From Candidatus Jorgensenbacteria bacterium GW2011_GWA1_48_11 (GTDB lineage: Bacteria > Patescibacteriota > Minisyncoccia > UBA6257 > GWB1-50-10), in the NCBI GenBank assembly GCA_001003475.1, contig LCPF01000001.1, positions 234,571 to 298,570 on the forward strand: 64,000 nucleotides of DNA, in the 5' to 3' direction. Made by a program: the position numbers and the translations under genes. The notes under the pieces are model-generated. The model did no database searches. It was not told where the DNA came from and saw only the letters and a list, made by a program, of their open reading frames with translations. Shown piece by piece: positions 19,455 to 29,838 of the stretch; position 1 is the first letter of the stretch, and each line of letters opens with the position of its first letter.

Positions 19455-19691
19455 TTACTTTAAGTGTCTTTTCATAAAAGCACGGCCTGAGCCGGACTTC
19501 AAGTATTTTTCAAACTTGAAAGCTGTATATTTATCAGCAAACACGAGATAACAATCTAATTTTACTGGTCTAATGTTTCTTGTCGCTGGGACATAACCTT
19601 TCTCATGTCTCTCAAGCCCATCTTTTAAGTCGTCAGTACAACCTGTATAAGATTTATCGTTTTTGCAATTCAGGATATAAACATACCACAT
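19455..19691 (-). CDS. GIY-YIG nuclease family protein
   Basis: YVYIL...YTG.T, H..G, A..FE.YLKSG.GR. Confidence 0.9.
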   Translation of the reverse strand: MWYVYILNCKNDKSYTGCTDDLKDGLERHEKGYVPATRNIRPVKLDCYLVFADKYTAFKFEKYLKSGSGRAFMKRHLK

Positions 19692-19768
19692 AAAATTTCT
19701 TGGCGAATCCCGCCGTCGCGATCTTCTGGCGGACTGCGTCCGCCGAAGCCCGCTATGGCGGACGAAGG

Positions 19769-19857
19769 CGGAGGCGGAAGGATTCGAACCTTCGGTACGG
19801 TTTTACCCGTACAACGGTTTAGCAAACCGCTTCTTTAAGCCACTCAGACACGCCTCC
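19769..19857 (-). tRNA. tRNA-Ser(GCT)
   Basis: Anticodon loop TTGCTAA, long variable arm. Confidence 0.95.
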
Positions 19858-19931
19858 AAAAAATCGCAAGACTGCTTGTTTTTATACCATTTATCTGCTA
19901 ATTTTACAAATACCAACAAGCTTTTACTACT

Positions 19932-21326
19932 ATGAAACGTCCTCCAATTGTGGTGGTCATGGGTCACGTTGACCACGGCAAAACCACCTTACTCGATTAT
20001 ATCCGCGAGACGACCGTTGCTTCGAGAGAAGCGGGCGGCATCACGCAGGCCATCGGCGCTTATGAGATCGAGCGCAACAATCGGAAGATAACTTTCATCG
20101 ATACGCCCGGCCATGAAGCTTTCCACAAAATGAGGGCGCACGGCGCGCGGATTGCCGACGTTGCCATTCTCGTCGTGGCGGCCGATGAGAGCGTGAAGCC
20201 CCAGACCAAAGACGCTCTCCAGAATATTTTGGAAGCGAAAATTCCCTATCTCGTGGCGATTAACAAAATCGATAAGCCTGGAGCGAATATCGAAAAAACC
20301 AAACAGGACCTGGCTCAAAATAACGTGTTCCTCGAGGGGTTCGGCGGCAACATTTCCTGGCAGGCAATCTCAGCGAAGACCGGCGAGGGCGTGCCCGAAC
20401 TTCTGGACTTGATCTTGCTTACGGCCGATATCGAAAACCTGGCTTACGACGAGAAAGCGCCAGCCTCGGGCGTCGTGATCACGAGTCATTTAGATCCTCG
20501 CCGCGGCAATATCGTCGGCCTAATTCTCGAGGACGGCGTTTTGAAAACCGGTTCCGAAATTTTCACGCCTGGAGCCAAGGGGAAGATAAAAAGCCTGGAA
20601 AATTTTAAGGGCGAAAAAGTGGAAAGCCTTGAGCCGAGCGCACCGGCTTTGATTTTGGGCTTTGAAAATATGCCGGCGGTCGGCGACCAATTCTCCACCG
20701 ATCCCGCCGCCCTGGAAAAAATCGCCAAAAAATCCGTGGTGGCTGAAGCGGCAGCGGAAAACGCTCTGGCTGTAATTTTGAAAGCCAACGAGATGGGTTC
20801 GCTTTCGGCTCTGGAGCACGTTATCGGACAAATCAACAAAGAATCTCCTTTATGGATAATTGACAAGAGCGTGGGCGATGTCTATGAAAACGACATCAAG
20901 CTTGCCCAGTCTACAAAAGCTTTGATTGCCGGCTTCAAGATTAAAGTCGATCGGGCCGCCTTGAATCTCGCCAAATCCCAGAGCATCGATATCATTACTT
21001 CGCCCGTGATCTACGATCTTGAAAAGCAGCTCAAAAAATACATCGGTTTCCATGCCGTGCGTCCGAAAAGAATTTTGGAGATTTTGGCGGTTTTCGGCAA
21101 GCGCAAAAATAACAAGCAGATCGTCGGCGGCCGGGTTGTTTTGGGGCCGATTAAAAATAAGGAAAATTTCGAGATCGAGGACAACGGTCAAATTGCGGGC
21201 AAGGGAAAAATCATCAATCTTCAATCGGGCAAGCAAGACGTGCTTGAAGCGGCCGCCGAGAGCGAGGCCGGCCTGCTGGTTGAGAGCGACGCGGAAATCA
21301 AGCCAGGCGTGAAACTTCTTTTTTAA
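19932..21326 (+). CDS. infB: Translation initiation factor IF-2 (short form without N-domain)
   Basis: RPPIVVVMGHVDHGKTT, EAGGITQ, DTPGHEAF, NKID. Confidence 0.96.
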   Translation: MKRPPIVVVMGHVDHGKTTLLDYIRETTVASREAGGITQAIGAYEIERNNRKITFIDTPGHEAFHKMRAHGARIADVAILVVAADESVKPQTKDALQNILEAKIPYLVAINKIDKPGANIEKTKQDLAQNNVFLEGFGGNISWQAISAKTGEGVPELLDLILLTADIENLAYDEKAPASGVVITSHLDPRRGNIVGLILEDGVLKTGSEIFTPGAKGKIKSLENFKGEKVESLEPSAPALILGFENMPAVGDQFSTDPAALEKIAKKSVVAEAAAENALAVILKANEMGSLSALEHVIGQINKESPLWIIDKSVGDVYENDIKLAQSTKALIAGFKIKVDRAALNLAKSQSIDIITSPVIYDLEKQLKKYIGFHAVRPKRILEILAVFGKRKNNKQIVGGRVVLGPIKNKENFEIEDNGQIAGKGKIINLQSGKQDVLEAAAESEAGLLVESDAEIKPGVKLLF

Positions 21327-21327
21327 A

Positions 21328-21686
<359 letters not shown>

Positions 21687-21698
21687 CCCAGATGATTT

Positions 21699-21783
21699 GC
21701 CCGGGTGCTGAAATTGGTATACAGGAGGGACTTAAAATCCCTTGTCCCTAAAGGACGTGTGGGTTCGACCCCCACCCCGGGCA
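21699..21783 (+). tRNA. tRNA-Leu(TAA)
   Basis: Anticodon arm AGGGA-CTTAAAA-TCCCT, long variable arm. Confidence 0.94.
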
Positions 21784-21824
21784 CCGAACAATATTAATCG
21801 TTGCAATAGAGGTTGCCTGGAGTT

Positions 21825-22640
21825 ATGGAATTAAAATTATTGACATTCAATATCTGGGACGTTCCACTTCACCTTTCCCTGAATCGCCACGAGCGCGCCC
21901 ATCGCATCGGCGGCTATCTCAAAAAATGGACGCCGGACATTATTTGCCTTCAAGAAGCCTTCGACGTCGAGCACCGGCGGCGGATAAGGGAGGATGTAGG
22001 TAACCACGATTACAACATTATTGAAGAGTACGACGAAACCCGTCGCACCCTTCTTTTCAAGCGTTTTGATTTGACCGGCGGCCTGGTAATTCTTTCGCGT
22101 TATCCCATTAAGGAGAGCTTGTTCACGCCCTTTAAGCGGCCGTTGCGCATGACCTTGCCCGAGCGCATCGGCCGGAAAGGATTTCTGAAAGCGCTAATCG
22201 AAACACCGGCCGGTCCGCTTTTGGTCGTGAATACTCATCTCTGCTCACCCGGCCTCTGGACGAACCATCGGATGCGGATTTTCCAAATTAAGCAGTTGCT
22301 TGAAGACCTGGGGGGATCAAACAACGTTCCAATTATCCTAGCCGGGGATTTAAACGAAGATCTTGCTTTGGGCGGGGAGGACTTTTTCCAGCTTATTAAA
22401 AACGCCGGTTTTGACGACGGCGCCGAATTTTTCGGCCAGGCGGAAAAACCGACCCGCCGCTCCGAAAACGTTTACGATGATAAATGGTACGGCAATGGCG
22501 ACGGTTCGCATCGGTTGGATTACATTCTTTTGAGAAATCCGAAAAATAATTTTAAGTTCAGCGATTATCGGGTTTTGTCTCAGCCTCGGGAAATTACCCT
22601 TTCGGATCACGAGCCGGTCCTGGCGACTCTTAGGGCCTGA
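21825..22640 (+). CDS. Endonuclease/exonuclease/phosphatase family protein (sphingomyelinase-like)
   Basis: TFNI, LQE, NTHL, GDLN, RLDYI, SDH motifs. Confidence 0.9.
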   Translation: MELKLLTFNIWDVPLHLSLNRHERAHRIGGYLKKWTPDIICLQEAFDVEHRRRIREDVGNHDYNIIEEYDETRRTLLFKRFDLTGGLVILSRYPIKESLFTPFKRPLRMTLPERIGRKGFLKALIETPAGPLLVVNTHLCSPGLWTNHRMRIFQIKQLLEDLGGSNNVPIILAGDLNEDLALGGEDFFQLIKNAGFDDGAEFFGQAEKPTRRSENVYDDKWYGNGDGSHRLDYILLRNPKNNFKFSDYRVLSQPREITLSDHEPVLATLRA

Positions 22641-22652
22641 TTTTCGGGAAGA

Positions 22653-23798
22653 CTAGCCGACGATTTTCCAAAACCGGCGCTTGCCGATTTTGAGTACCTC
22701 CCTGCCTTTAAGGGAGATTTTTTCTTGGGCGTTTGTTTTGGTTTCCTCGTTGATTTTGACCGCTCCTTGGTCAATAAGTCGTCGGGCTTCGCTTTTACTT
22801 GGAATGCCGGCCTGGAGCAGTAGATCGATCAGGGCGATATTCTTGTTTTTTATTTTCAATTCCTCCAATTCTTCGGGCATTTCTTTCTTGGAAAATATTT
22901 TTACGAATTCTTCGCGGGCTTTTAGAGCCGTCTTTTCGCCGTGATACATCTCCACTAGCGTTTGGGCGAGGAGCATTTTCGCGGCATAAGGGCCGGTATT
23001 TTTCGGCTGGTCAACGTCGGTTAAAAGTGTGAAGTATTTTGGGATGAGATTATCGGGAATGGACATTGCCTTGCCGAACATTTCTTCGGGCTCGTCTTCC
23101 AAGCCGATATAATTGTCGTAACTTTTGGACATCTTGCGGACGCCGTCGGTGCCCTCGATCAGGGGCAGGATCATGATGTCTTGTTCCGGCAAACCAAAGT
23201 GTCTTTGAAGGCGCCGGCCCATCAGCAAATTCAGTTTTTGGTCGGTTCCGCCGAGTTCAACATCGGCCTTGATTACGACCGAATCGTATCCTTGAAGAAT
23301 GGCATAGAGAGATTCAAGGACCGTGACGTCGCCGCCGGCATTCAATCTTTTTTGAAAATCTTCCCTTTTCATAACCTGGCTTATGCTGACTGCTTTTGTC
23401 ATGGCAAGGAAATTTTTCAGTCCTTGTTTGTGCCACTCGCCGTTGTATCTGACCTCGGCTTTTTTGACGTTAATGACCTTGCCGGCCATTCGGATATAGT
23501 TTTTGAGATTATACTTCACCTCTTTTTCGGTAAGGGGCTGCCTTTCCGCGGATTGGCCGGAAGGGTCGCCGATCTGGGCCGTAAAATCGCCGATGATCAA
23601 AATGATTTTATGTCCGGCGTCCTGGAACTGCTTGAGTTTTCGCAAAATTACGGTGTGCCCCAGGTGAATGTCTGATTTCGTCGGGTCAATGCCGAGTTTC
23701 ACCCGGAGTTTTTTGCCGGACTTCAGGGCCGCTTCCAAATGAGGGCGCGTGATTATCTCTTCCACGCCCCGATTCAAGATAATTTCATTCATATCCAT
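22653..23798 (-). CDS. tyrS: Tyrosine--tRNA ligase
   Basis: GIDPT..DIHLGH, GGTDQ, KMSKS, C-terminal S4 domain. Confidence 0.97.
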   Translation of the reverse strand: MDMNEIILNRGVEEIITRPHLEAALKSGKKLRVKLGIDPTKSDIHLGHTVILRKLKQFQDAGHKIILIIGDFTAQIGDPSGQSAERQPLTEKEVKYNLKNYIRMAGKVINVKKAEVRYNGEWHKQGLKNFLAMTKAVSISQVMKREDFQKRLNAGGDVTVLESLYAILQGYDSVVIKADVELGGTDQKLNLLMGRRLQRHFGLPEQDIMILPLIEGTDGVRKMSKSYDNYIGLEDEPEEMFGKAMSIPDNLIPKYFTLLTDVDQPKNTGPYAAKMLLAQTLVEMYHGEKTALKAREEFVKIFSKKEMPEELEELKIKNKNIALIDLLLQAGIPSKSEARRLIDQGAVKINEETKTNAQEKISLKGREVLKIGKRRFWKIVG

Positions 23799-23809
23799 TG
23801 GGTTTATTA

Positions 23810-24050
23810 TAATTGGCAGCGAGGCGAAAATAAACAGGAAGGTTTATTTTCAACGAGCAAACCAATTAGTGAAGCGAAGCCTCACTTTAATTGGCAGCGA
23901 GGCGAAAATAAACAGGAAGGTTTATTTTCAACGAGCAAACCAATTAGTGAAGCGAAGCCTCGCTTTAATTGGCGGTGGGCAAAAAGCAAAAACGAAGCGG
24001 TTTTATTTCGGTCGAACGAGCCAATTATATCTGGCGAAACGAAGATATAG
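23810..24050. repeat. Tandem 78-bp repeat (two near-identical units plus one degenerate unit)
   Basis: Units start at 23810, 23888 and 23966; each is TAATTGG...CCAATTA plus a small GCGAA-containing stem. Confidence 0.9.
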
Positions 24051-24619
24051 TATGTCCAAAACATGAGGCCGTAGTCCTCGGCTTCCTGGGAAGTGAGGTA
24101 AAAATCCCGGTCCGTGTCCTTCTCTATTTTTTCGAGCTTCTGGCCGGTATGTTTGGCCAGGATGTGGTTGATCTTGTCTTTTATTTTCACGATTTGTCTC
24201 GCCGTGATTTCAATTTCAGTGGCTTGGCCTTCGGCGCCGCCCATCACTTGATGCAGGAGAATTTCGGAATTGGGCAAAGCGAACCTTTTGCCTTTCTGGC
24301 CGGCGGCGAGCAAAACCGCGCCCATTGAAGCGGCCATGCCCACGCAAATCGTCGAAACCGGCGCTTTGACGTGTTGCATCGTGTCGTAGACCGCAAGGCC
24401 GGCCGTGACCGAACCGCCGGGCGTATTCAAATAAAGCTTGATATCTTTTTTCTGGTCTTCGTGGTCGAGGAGCAAAAGTTGGGCGATGACGCTGTTCGCC
24501 ACCTGGTCGTTGATCGGGCCGCCTAGAAAAATGATCCGCTCTTTTAAAAGGCGGGAGTAAATATCGTAAGCCCGCTCGCCGTAAGCCGATTTTTCGATGA
24601 CTGTAGGAATTAAATTCAT
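23882..24619 (-). CDS. clpP: ATP-dependent Clp protease proteolytic subunit with aberrant C-terminus
   Basis: [29 protein letters not shown]; similarity stops at YGL. Confidence 0.92.
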   Translation of the reverse strand: MNLIPTVIEKSAYGERAYDIYSRLLKERIIFLGGPINDQVANSVIAQLLLLDHEDQKKDIKLYLNTPGGSVTAGLAVYDTMQHVKAPVSTICVGMAASMGAVLLAAGQKGKRFALPNSEILLHQVMGGAEGQATEIEITARQIVKIKDKINHILAKHTGQKLEKIEKDTDRDFYLTSQEAEDYGLMFWTYYIFVSPDIIGSFDRNKTASFLLFAHRQLKRGFASLIGLLVENKPSCLFSPRCQLK

Positions 24620-24723
24620 CCCGTTAGAAATGGAATCACCTGCGACGTTTTATTCTGGCCGCAATATTTTCGAAAAATACTCAGTTTAGTAATAGTTAGA
24701 ATATTGGCGCCATTTCTAACGGG
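24620..24723. repeat. CCC...GGG inverted-repeat element upstream of clpP
   Basis: CCCGTTAGAAATGG ... CCATTTCTAACGGG, flanked by an ATTCAT direct repeat. Confidence 0.9.
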
Positions 24724-24728
24724 ATTCA

Positions 24729-25211
24729 TTACGGATATTTTACCAGGCTGATTTCGGTGGCGTCAAATTTTTCGGCGTCCTTGATGTTCTCGGTGCTTGT
24801 TACAGTCACGGCATCGCCGACTTTAAGGTCGGAAAGTTTGAGGCCGGCTATCCTCGGTTGGCCGGTGGCGCTCAATTTACTGTAATCAATCAGGAAGAAT
24901 TTCGTGTCTTTCGTGACGAGGGCGAATCTGGTCTGGGTCGCCCGGGGCGTATTGTCGGTGTGGGGGAGATAGTCGTTGGGGTCAGGCACGAGGAGATTCA
25001 CGGTGCCGCCGTAGATGCCGGTAATCTTGCCGCTTAAGCTCTTAATGACGTCGGGCGGCTTCGGAAAAGCGTAATCCAGAAGCGGCGATAGTTTTTCCGT
25101 CGTTTCTTTCGCCCCTTGGTTTTTGCCGAGGTAAACACCCAAGGCCAGGACCAGGGCCAAAACAGCCAGGCCGACGAAGATGAAGACAATAGTTCTGCTT
25201 CTGGGGGTCAT
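24729..25211 (-). CDS. Membrane-anchored hypothetical protein (OB-fold/DUF5666-like)
   Basis: N-terminal TM; G.I..I.G and SDLKVGD.V.V pattern. Confidence 0.7.
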   Translation of the reverse strand: MTPRSRTIVFIFVGLAVLALVLALGVYLGKNQGAKETTEKLSPLLDYAFPKPPDVIKSLSGKITGIYGGTVNLLVPDPNDYLPHTDNTPRATQTRFALVTKDTKFFLIDYSKLSATGQPRIAGLKLSDLKVGDAVTVTSTENIKDAEKFDATEISLVKYP

Positions 25212-25344
25212 AATGCTTATATATAGTATAGCATTTTCGTTTCATAATTTTTAAAGCTAGGCTTGACTTTTTTATATAATATGCTATACTTATATAATCG
25301 AAGTTCATTGACAGTCTTATACAACCCTTTGCGAGGATACGACG

Positions 25345-26124
25345 GTGAAGCTCAAGCGCTTGTTCCACAGCGTGTGGGCGTTGGGCTTTGTCGCGTGTAG
25401 CGATAGCCCGATTGCTCCACCGCCACCGCCCCCGCCTCCCATCCCGCCTACTCTTTCGGTCACGACCAACGAGGTCGGTCCGGAGAGTGCGTTGGTCCAC
25501 GCCTCGGCAAACACAGCCGTAGCATGGCGCGTCTTCTGGGGTTCGACGCTTGCTTTCGGCGACACAACGCCGGAAACCAGTCCGTCGCCCGAGCTGAACC
25601 AAACCCTCCGGGGACTCCGAGCGCTCACCACCTATTACTATCAGGTGGAGGCGCGGCTGGATTCTCTGCGGGTGCGGCTCTCAGGCGAGTTCCGAACCCC
25701 CGACTACCCGGTTTGCGACAACCGGAACACGACTACGCCGACCGTGACAGTGACGATCACCTGGACTTCGCCGACGCCGCCGGTCATGGGAAACATTCCG
25801 GTTCTGGACAACGTCGATCTACGCGACTGCAACGGTAGGGTTCTGACCCAGAACGGTGATCAGTTTTTCAGCGGGAGTCCAGGCACGGTCCAGATGCGCG
25901 TGAACTATGGCTCCGGACCGCACTGGTTTGGAGGCATGGTTTTCACGAACGACATTTGGTTCGTGCGCTGGGTTGACGCTTCGGAATTCCGCGTGAACGG
26001 CGTTCGGCTCACCCAGCCTACGGATTCCATGCCGCCGACCTGGCCATGCCGGCCCGATGTCGGTTGCATCCCGGGGCCCCGCTGGAAGTTCTGGGTGGAC
26101 AGCCTGGGCGGTGTCCATTCCTAA
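25345..26124 (+). CDS. Putative lipoprotein with FN3-like domain
   Basis: Lipobox-like FVAC, poly-Pro linker, GL...TTYYYQV; visibly GC-rich. Confidence 0.7.
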   Translation: MKLKRLFHSVWALGFVACSDSPIAPPPPPPPPIPPTLSVTTNEVGPESALVHASANTAVAWRVFWGSTLAFGDTTPETSPSPELNQTLRGLRALTTYYYQVEARLDSLRVRLSGEFRTPDYPVCDNRNTTTPTVTVTITWTSPTPPVMGNIPVLDNVDLRDCNGRVLTQNGDQFFSGSPGTVQMRVNYGSGPHWFGGMVFTNDIWFVRWVDASEFRVNGVRLTQPTDSMPPTWPCRPDVGCIPGPRWKFWVDSLGGVHS

Positions 26125-26162
26125 CCCTCGCTCCAAGAGCTCTCTAGAGAGCTAATGCAATG

Positions 26163-26206
26163 TGGCCCTGTTGTCCCTCCCCGGGATAACAGGGCCATGC
26201 TTTTTT
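26163..26206 (+). terminator. Intrinsic terminator
   Basis: TGGCCCTGTTGTCCC ... GGGATAACAGGGCCA followed by T run. Confidence 0.7.
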
Positions 26207-26242
26207 CCAAAATATCGGTATGTTATAATATAGATAACTTGT

Positions 26243-26348
26243 CCCGTTAGAAGCGGCTCTAAATAACTATCAAAAATATTAATAAAATGACTTTCCTTAA
26301 TTTAAGCGGTCTGAATCAAATGCGGAGTTTTGTTCCGCTTCTAACGGG
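26243..26348. repeat. CCC...GGG inverted-repeat element
   Basis: CCCGTTAGAAGCGG ... CCGCTTCTAACGGG abutting ATG 26349. Confidence 0.9.
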
Positions 26349-27587
26349 ATGAAATTATTCAAAAACCCATTCTTTTATTTAAGTTTGGTTTTGGCAATTC
26401 TTTTGGGTTTTCAGGTCGGGGCGATTGTGCGTGGCGCCGACTGGGTGGGGCCCACTGATTCCAGGGGCTTTCCCTACGGCAATCCGGCAGCGCCGCTTTA
26501 TCAAAGCAATGCCATTCAGCAAGACCCAACATCCGGCGCTTTGGTTGCTCCGGTTGCGGCTGGTTCAACTAATGGCGTTACCTTAGGCAACGGCTTTGTC
26601 GGTTTTAGCGCGGATACTTCGATTCAAACTACTAATAATGGTTTGGCTTTCACGCCCTTAACTAGCGGTAATCTAACTCTTTTGTATTTTGGGTCAGCGG
26701 GATTCAGGTTAAACCAAATGGGCTCTGCGTTAGGCAATGCATTGACAATTAATGTGAGCACGCCAAGCGCAAGCTTGGACACGGGTTTTAATTTGGACTT
26801 CAACGGTTCCATTAACGCGAAAAGTTTTTATGTGAACGGCGTGCCGTTTGTCACCGATGCCGGCGGCCAGTGGACAATAAACGGCAATGACATCTATTAT
26901 AATCAGGGCGGCGTGGCCATCGGGGCAAATACGAATACCGCCGGTTTCAATTTTGAAGCCTACGCGCCAATGCGTCTTTATACCCCGAATGCCGACACGC
27001 ATACGCGGTCAATCAATGTTTGCGCCGACAACGACATAGGGATAATTTATACCCGATCTGGTTCGCTCGGCCAAATCTGGGTGGCCGGCACTGGCAATTC
27101 TGATGCCAGAGCATCGGTTGGCAGTTTCACCGACTGGGGCGTAAACTGCGCTAACAATGCTAAAGTTCAAGGAAATAATGTTTTTGATTTTGCGACCGAA
27201 GCCTATAAAATGTATGAATTTGATTGGAATTACGTTCCCGCTGGCGCCAGCCTTACGGCGACAGCCGGCGTAGGCGGCTCGGTCAGGCACGGACTGGCCG
27301 ATTCGGAGGGAAACAGTTTTGTCTATACCGAACCGTTCGCTATCCTTGACTGCTCTGCCACCTTCAAGGATTCAAATGATCAGATTATTGCGTTGACGCC
27401 CTCAATAAATCGCCCCTACAACTATAATGGCACAAGTTATCTTTTGGGTATCAGCAGAAATTGTACGGCGGCTGCCCTGGGCGGCGCCCAGATGGTGGCG
27501 GTGACTTTGAAGATAAACTGGAATGAAGCGAACGTTTTCCAGGATCCGCCGAACACTTTTTACATTCAAAACCAGCCTACTTTTTAG
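26349..27587 (+). CDS. Secreted/surface beta-rich protein
   Basis: Signal peptide; G/N/T/S-rich; QWT.NG.DIYYN.G.V.IG motif seen in fibre-like proteins. Confidence 0.75.
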   Translation: MKLFKNPFFYLSLVLAILLGFQVGAIVRGADWVGPTDSRGFPYGNPAAPLYQSNAIQQDPTSGALVAPVAAGSTNGVTLGNGFVGFSADTSIQTTNNGLAFTPLTSGNLTLLYFGSAGFRLNQMGSALGNALTINVSTPSASLDTGFNLDFNGSINAKSFYVNGVPFVTDAGGQWTINGNDIYYNQGGVAIGANTNTAGFNFEAYAPMRLYTPNADTHTRSINVCADNDIGIIYTRSGSLGQIWVAGTGNSDARASVGSFTDWGVNCANNAKVQGNNVFDFATEAYKMYEFDWNYVPAGASLTATAGVGGSVRHGLADSEGNSFVYTEPFAILDCSATFKDSNDQIIALTPSINRPYNYNGTSYLLGISRNCTAAALGGAQMVAVTLKINWNEANVFQDPPNTFYIQNQPTF

Positions 27588-27601
27588 AAAGCTTTAAAAT
27601 C

Positions 27602-27625
27602 AAAAAACGCCCTAAGGCGTTTTTT
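27602..27625. terminator. Bidirectional terminator-like hairpin
   Basis: AAAAAACGCC-CTAA-GGCGTTTTTT. Confidence 0.7.
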
Positions 27626-27648
27626 GATTATTTGCTATAATAAGATTA

Positions 27649-29824
27649 ATGGAGAAAGGCATTGCTTTTCGGTTTCTGTTTTTTGGTTTGGTCGCGACCG
27701 CGCTGGCGTTTTTCGGCGTTGTCTCTTATGTCCGGGCCGTGACCGCGCCGACGGGTGTCGGCGCGACCGCTCTTTCTGCCTGCGCCGCGAAAGTTACCTG
27801 GGTTCAAAATTCGCCGCCGGCGAATCCGCGCTATGACGCAGCTAGAAACGATTCGGGCACTTCGGTCGGCATAGTCTACCAGGGCGTGATCACGAGCGTG
27901 GAGGTAGCGGATCCACTTACCCTTTCTTTTACTGATCCTAATCCGCCCAATTCTTCGCCGCAGTATTGGTCAGGGCCCTTAAATCCGGGCACAACCCACA
28001 CTTATCATGTCCGGATTTTTGATCAGCAAAGCGGCGAACTTTCGGCCTGGGTTGGTCCGGCAACAGTGACGACCAATGCTTTGCCGCCGGCGCCGGGCGC
28101 GCCGTCTATTTCGGGCGTTGACACTGCTAATTTGGGAACGATCAATGTTTCGTGGAGCGCTAATACTGTTTCCAGTCTTTTCAATCAATACGGAAAGTTC
28201 GTGGTCAGAAGAGCGATCTCTGCGGACAACGGCGCAAGCTTCGGCTCTTTTTCTCAAGCCGGGCCTTTATTGCCTTCAAGCAATACTTTTTACAATGATA
28301 TGGTTTTTTCGAACGATGCCGGCGGTTACCTCACTAATTCCTATAAATACGAGGTTTATGCCCGGGAAGTGGGCGGCCAAGGCTGTGATCCGCAAAATGC
28401 CCAACAGACCATTGATTCGCCCCCGTCGCTTACGGTCGTCGTGCCCGTGCGGCCAGCCGGCCTTGCTGCCGCCTTCACGCCCGAGCCCGATCGGAAAATT
28501 TCCTTGGTCTGGCAGAATAGGGCGGTCAATGCGACGCGATTGGAAATTCGAAGATCGCTCGGAACGAGTTTTAACCCCGCGACCGCTTTTGTCGTGACGA
28601 ACGGCCTGCCCCCGGACGCCTCTTCTTATGACGATTCAAGCATTAATCCTGGCGTTCAGACCTATACTTATTCGATTCGCGCCTGCACGGCGACGGCTTG
28701 TTCTTTCTTTTCCGACGTGGCCTCTGTGATGACCGGCGTGGTCGTGCCCGCGAATGTGGCGGCCGGAATCATGAATATTAATTTGAATCCGGGAGCGGCC
28801 AACTACAATACGGCCGATGTTTATCTGACCTGGGAGGGCGATGTCATTTCCAAATATGTTTATACGATCCAGCGGGCCGCTGACGGCGGCGCTCCCGCTG
28901 ACATTGCGTCATTGACCGAGACGCAGTTTTTCAATTTAAACCATCTTTATAAAGACAGCGTTGCCTTGAATCACGGTTATTCTTACAGGATCAAGGCCCA
29001 GGCGCCGGACGGCTTAAGCGATTATTCGAATATGGCAACAATCAGCGTGGACATCCGTTACAAGATTACAGGCGTGGCTTGGAGCGCTTCGGCGCAAGCG
29101 GTGCCGCCACAGGATACGATTTCGCCAACGGTGGCCATTACGGCGCCAGCGGACGGCGCTACGGTGAGCGGCCTGGTCCAGATTTCCGTTGATGCTTCCG
29201 ATAACGTCGGCGTTACGGGCCTCCAGTTTAAAATAGGCGCTGTTAATCTTGGGTCGGCTATCGCGAATGAGCCGTATTCCGCAAATTGGGATACTAGCGG
29301 CGTTCCAAACGTCGGCCGTCGCTTCGGATGCCGCCCTAAATAGCGGCAGCGCCTCGCTTACGGTAAACGTCAATAATCCTCCGCCGCCGCAGCCGATTGC
29401 GGCACCTAATTCTCCCAGCAATCTCATCCCCGTATCAGTCAGCTCGACCCAGGCCACTATTTCTTGGAGCGATGATTCGACGGCTGAGGCACCGGCCAGG
29501 AATTTCAGTGTTTGGCGCAGGGATATTGGTCCTGCCCCCGATTCGCGTATTGCCGATCAGGCTTGGCTTGAAATCGCTCTCATAACGGCGCCAGCAACTT
29601 CTTATACCGATACGAATCTTACGCCGAATTATTTTTATGATTACAAAGTGCGGGCCTGCAACGAAGGCGGCTGCTCGGATTATTCCGATGTTCTTAGGGT
29701 GACAACTCCCCTCACGGACGGTGGCGGCGGGGGAGGCGCTTGCGTGACCGATGAGGACTGTTCTAATGACGATGTATGCTTGCCCGAGGGCTATTGCGGC
29801 CAGCCCACCGAATCCACGCAATAA
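27649..29824 (+). pseudogene. Secreted FN3/Ig-like repeat protein, frameshifted at about 29310 (ORFs 27649..29343 and 29249..29824)
   Basis: FN3 motifs (W...Y.Y.IRA); an Ig-like domain is split across frames (WDTSGVPN | SAVASDAALN). Confidence 0.7.
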
Positions 29825-29838
29825 CATCAAACGGATTT

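Noticed and set aside
23810-24050. CRISPR array
   Set aside because: The units are whole 78-bp tandem copies with no unique spacers, and no cas genes are present in the window.
23739-24066. ORFs of 103 and 105 aa on the + strand
   Set aside because: They are translations of the tandem repeat and overlap tyrS and clpP in antisense.
24620-24723. Integron attC sites or intrinsic terminators as the explanation of the CCC...GGG elements
   Set aside because: There is no integrase, no cassette array with consistent RYYYAAC/GTTRRRY ends, and no U-tract; loops are about 45-100 nt and the elements precede start codons.
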